50,957 nucleotides of DNA from Squatina squatina (taxonomy: Eukaryota): NCBI GenBank assembly GCA_031763465.1, contig JARFOE010000203.1:5727725-5778681 (forward strand). Reading direction: 5' to 3'. This document shows positions 47,944 to 50,957 of the stretch, piece after piece. Numbering within the stretch: position 1 is the first letter of the stretch; every line of letters starts with the position of its first letter. The position numbers were made by a program, and so were the translations under genes. Under the pieces are notes generated by a model. It saw only the letters and a program-made list of their open reading frames with translations, was not told the origin of the DNA and did no database searches.

Positions 47944-50033
47944 CTAACCAGAGTCAGAATCACTGGTGTCTGATGAACTCGATCCACTGGAAGTGCTACT
48001 AGTGTCAGATCCTGAAGAACTACTGCTGCTGGCACTGAGCCGCGAAGGGCCCACTGGCTGAACAGGATCCGGCTTTTCAGTTGCTGCAAAGAGAAATCTT
48101 ATTAAAGTATTGTTTCTCACAAGTGGTTTGAAAAGGTACACAAATTTTTACCATCTAACAAGCCTGGCTGAACACTTAAGCTCCNNNNNNNNNNNNNNNN
48201 NNNNNNNNNNNNNNNNNNNNNNNNNNNNNNNNNNNNNNNNNNNNNNNNNNNNNNNNNNNNNNNNNNNNNNNNNNNNNNNNNNNNNNNNNNNNNNNNNNNN
48301 NNNNNNNNNNNNNNNNNNNNNNNNNNNNNNNNNNNNNNNNNNNNNNNNNNNNNNNNNNNNNNNNNNNNNNNNNNNNNNNNNNNNNNNNNNNNNNNNNNNN
48401 NNNNNNNNNNNNNNNNNNNNNNNNNNNNNNNNNNNNNNNNNNNNNNNNNNNNNNNNNNNNNNNNNNNNNNNNNNNNNNNNNNNNNNNNNNNNNNNNNNNN
48501 NNNNNNNNNNNNNNNNNNNNNNNNNNNNNNNNNNNNNNNNNNNNNNNNNNNNNNNNNNNNNNNNNNNNNNNNNNNNNNNNNNNNNNNNNNNNNNNNNNNN
48601 NNNNNNNNNNNNNNNNNNNNNNNNNNNNNNNNNNNNNNNNNNNNNNNNNNNNNNNNNNNNNNNNNNNNNNNNNNNNNNNNNNNNNNNNNNNNNNNNNNNN
48701 NNNNNNNNNNNNNNCTGCCCGCTCACATCCTGCAGCCGTTTTTCTAACTCTTTCTTCTTCTCCAGAGCCAATTCTTCCTTGGACTTCCCTGCTTGTTTCT
48801 TTGCTGTAGGATTAATGCAGTAGCAGTTAGTAAAGTGACTTCCCAATTTGGGCAGACTGAAAGGGACAGGAGTGGGAACCAAAACCTCGCAGTGTCAAGA
48901 CATACCCCCTCCCAACAGGCTCCACACAAGCCTCCTCCCACAACCTCTTCATCTAACCCGATCAGCATATCCTTTTGTCCTCGTGTTTTTCTAGCATCCT
49001 CTTGAATGTATCTACGCTAGAATCTTTTTTGAATTTTGAGGGGATAACAACTTTATCAAGTGCAGGTGGTGCATAGGTTAATTACATTTTCATACCCTAC
49101 ACATGGGTAAAGGAGGTTCACATGAACAGATGAGTTTAATGGACATCCCCAAAATGCTTTTTCTTACCCAAGTTAGACCAGACAGAATTTCCCCTTTGGG
49201 CATCTGCTTCAAATCTGCAGTCAGTCTTTCTGGTCAGCAATGTTGACAGTTAATCATACTGTGGGAATTTGGGGCATAAATTACAACCCCAACACGAGCA
49301 AGGGCTTCCTACTTACACTGNNNNNNNNNNNNNNNNNNNNNNNNNNNNNNNNNNNNNNNNNNNNNNNNNNNNNNNNNNNNNNNNNNNNNNNNNNNNNNNN
49401 NNNNNNNNNNNNNNNNNNNNCTTACACTGGTCAATATTTACACCAGCTCCCATCCAACAAGGATTCCTGCACATGACAGTCTGTTTCACACAGAGCCCAC
49501 TCTACTGGCTGTTTCTGACACCAAAAAAGATTATCCCTACCCAACAGGCCACTGGTCCTAAATTGTAAGTATAAAGCACAAGCTAGCTAGGAGACCAATC
49601 ACAACATTTCATATTTTTAGGCTTAATCATTTTCTGACTACACAAAAGATGGATTAAATGAACACAGGCCCCAGAATAGCAGAACACATTACAACTGCCC
49701 ATCCTGTACACTTCAGACTTACAGTAAGGTTTGCGAGGTTTCTTCCGTAAGCAGGACATAACATAGCGTTCAAGCTCCCGAAGGGTGGAGGGTTTAAGAG
49801 TTTCAAAGTCTATCTCAATCTCATCGGGATTGGAGTCCCGAAGGGATGGCTCTCGGGATTGGATGATATGTACCACACGGCCTAGTTTGTCACCAGGCAG
49901 TTTATTAATGTCCAAGCTCAACTGTCGCTTCTCGTCATAAGTCATGGGCCTGCAGTTATCTTCTTCTTCTGAATCATAGCCAGGAGGGGGTGGTGGTGGT
50001 GGTGGGGGAGGTTGTTTCACCTTCTTGGACTGC
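47944..50033 (-). CDS. BRD2: Bromodomain-containing protein 2 (RING3), last three coding exons: 50033-49723 (ET domain), 48803-<48715 (cut by a gap), 48083-47944
   Basis: ET domain [27 protein letters not shown]...[17 protein letters not shown], then [22 protein letters not shown], and a terminal [11 protein letters not shown]. The LRKKPRKPY and DTSDSDSG endings fit BRD2 better than BRD3 or BRD4. Splice sites are canonical. Confidence 0.9.
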
Positions 50034-50957
50034 CTGCAAAGAGTAAACCCAAAAGTAAAAGGAAGCAGGCTCTACTGGGAAGCAAATGCACAATTCTTGA
50101 TCCCTAAACACCATCTATAAAGAACCTTTTAGAGAGAGAGTGTTCCATTGCAATTCAGTCACTGTCACCATCAGACATTTTTGGCTTCAAAATATATTCT
50201 GACTTCAAAATATATTTACACCCTTCATAGCATGCATATGCTGGAGTACATCATTGGATTAAGTATACACCGCCATGAGAATTCAGAAAGACCTAACACA
50301 CTTCAAAATATGAATAAAGAGCATTGAACTACAGCAAAGTTCAAAAATCAAACATTTGAGGCAAAGAATTAACATTTTCCAAAATAAATAGAGCAGCAAA
50401 AAAAAGTGTTCTCGAAGCCTTGCTTTACATACTGGATATTTCACACAATTCCGCATTCATCAAAGGCTTTCTGCACCTCAAGCTTCACCCTTCATTCTTC
50501 CACACCAGTTACCTTCATAGCTCTGCCATTCATAAAAACATAGATAGAAACATATTCAATATGATCATGGCTGATCATCTAAATTCAGTACCCTGTTCCN
50601 NNNNNNNNNTATTGCCAGATCTAACATCTTGCTCAGGTCTGTAGACTTAACTATTTAGAATTCTATCTGTAACTCTCAATTTCCCAGACCAACAATACAA
50701 AAACAAAACACTGCAGATGCTGGAAATCTGAAATAGAAACAGAAAATGCTGGAAACACTCAGCAGGTCAGGCAACACCTGTGGAGAGAGAAACCGAGTTA
50801 ACGTTTCAGATCGATGACCTATCATCAAAACTGGAAAATGTTAGAGATGTAACAGATTTTAAGCAGGTACAGAGGCAGGGAAAGGGGGCAGGGGAGGAAA
50901 GAACAAAAGGGAAGATCTGTGATAGGGTGGAAGGCAGGAGAGATTAAATGACTAAAG

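Overview
Eukaryotic, repeat-rich vertebrate DNA. It is most likely from a cartilaginous fish, judging by the shark-type MHC class II alpha exon and the elasmobranch-type satellite and CR1 content. The assembly is very fragmented: many small contigs joined mostly by fixed ~100-N gaps. The genes read like a piece of the MHC: a TAP-family ABC transporter exon (319-478, +), an MHC class II alpha-1 exon (42734-42982, -) and the 3' exons of BRD2 (47944-50033, -). Also present are a tRNA-Arg(CCT) gene with decayed copies, a GPR139-like GPCR pseudogene, a C2H2 zinc-finger exon, an orphan FNBP4 WW exon, Harbinger transposon pieces, many CR1/L2 LINE fragments and several minisatellites. The most notable item is one the ORF track does not resolve: a two-exon beta-defensin gene (25111-25212 + 26711-26830; 73 aa, signal peptide, C-X6-C-X3-C-X11-C-X5-CC). 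A decayed tandem paralog lies about 7.8 kb upstream on the same gap-free contig, with a nearly identical 3' UTR but a strongly diverged peptide-coding exon. Linkage between genes on different contigs depends on the scaffolding and is not proven by this sequence. All similarity calls are from reading and memory, not from searches.
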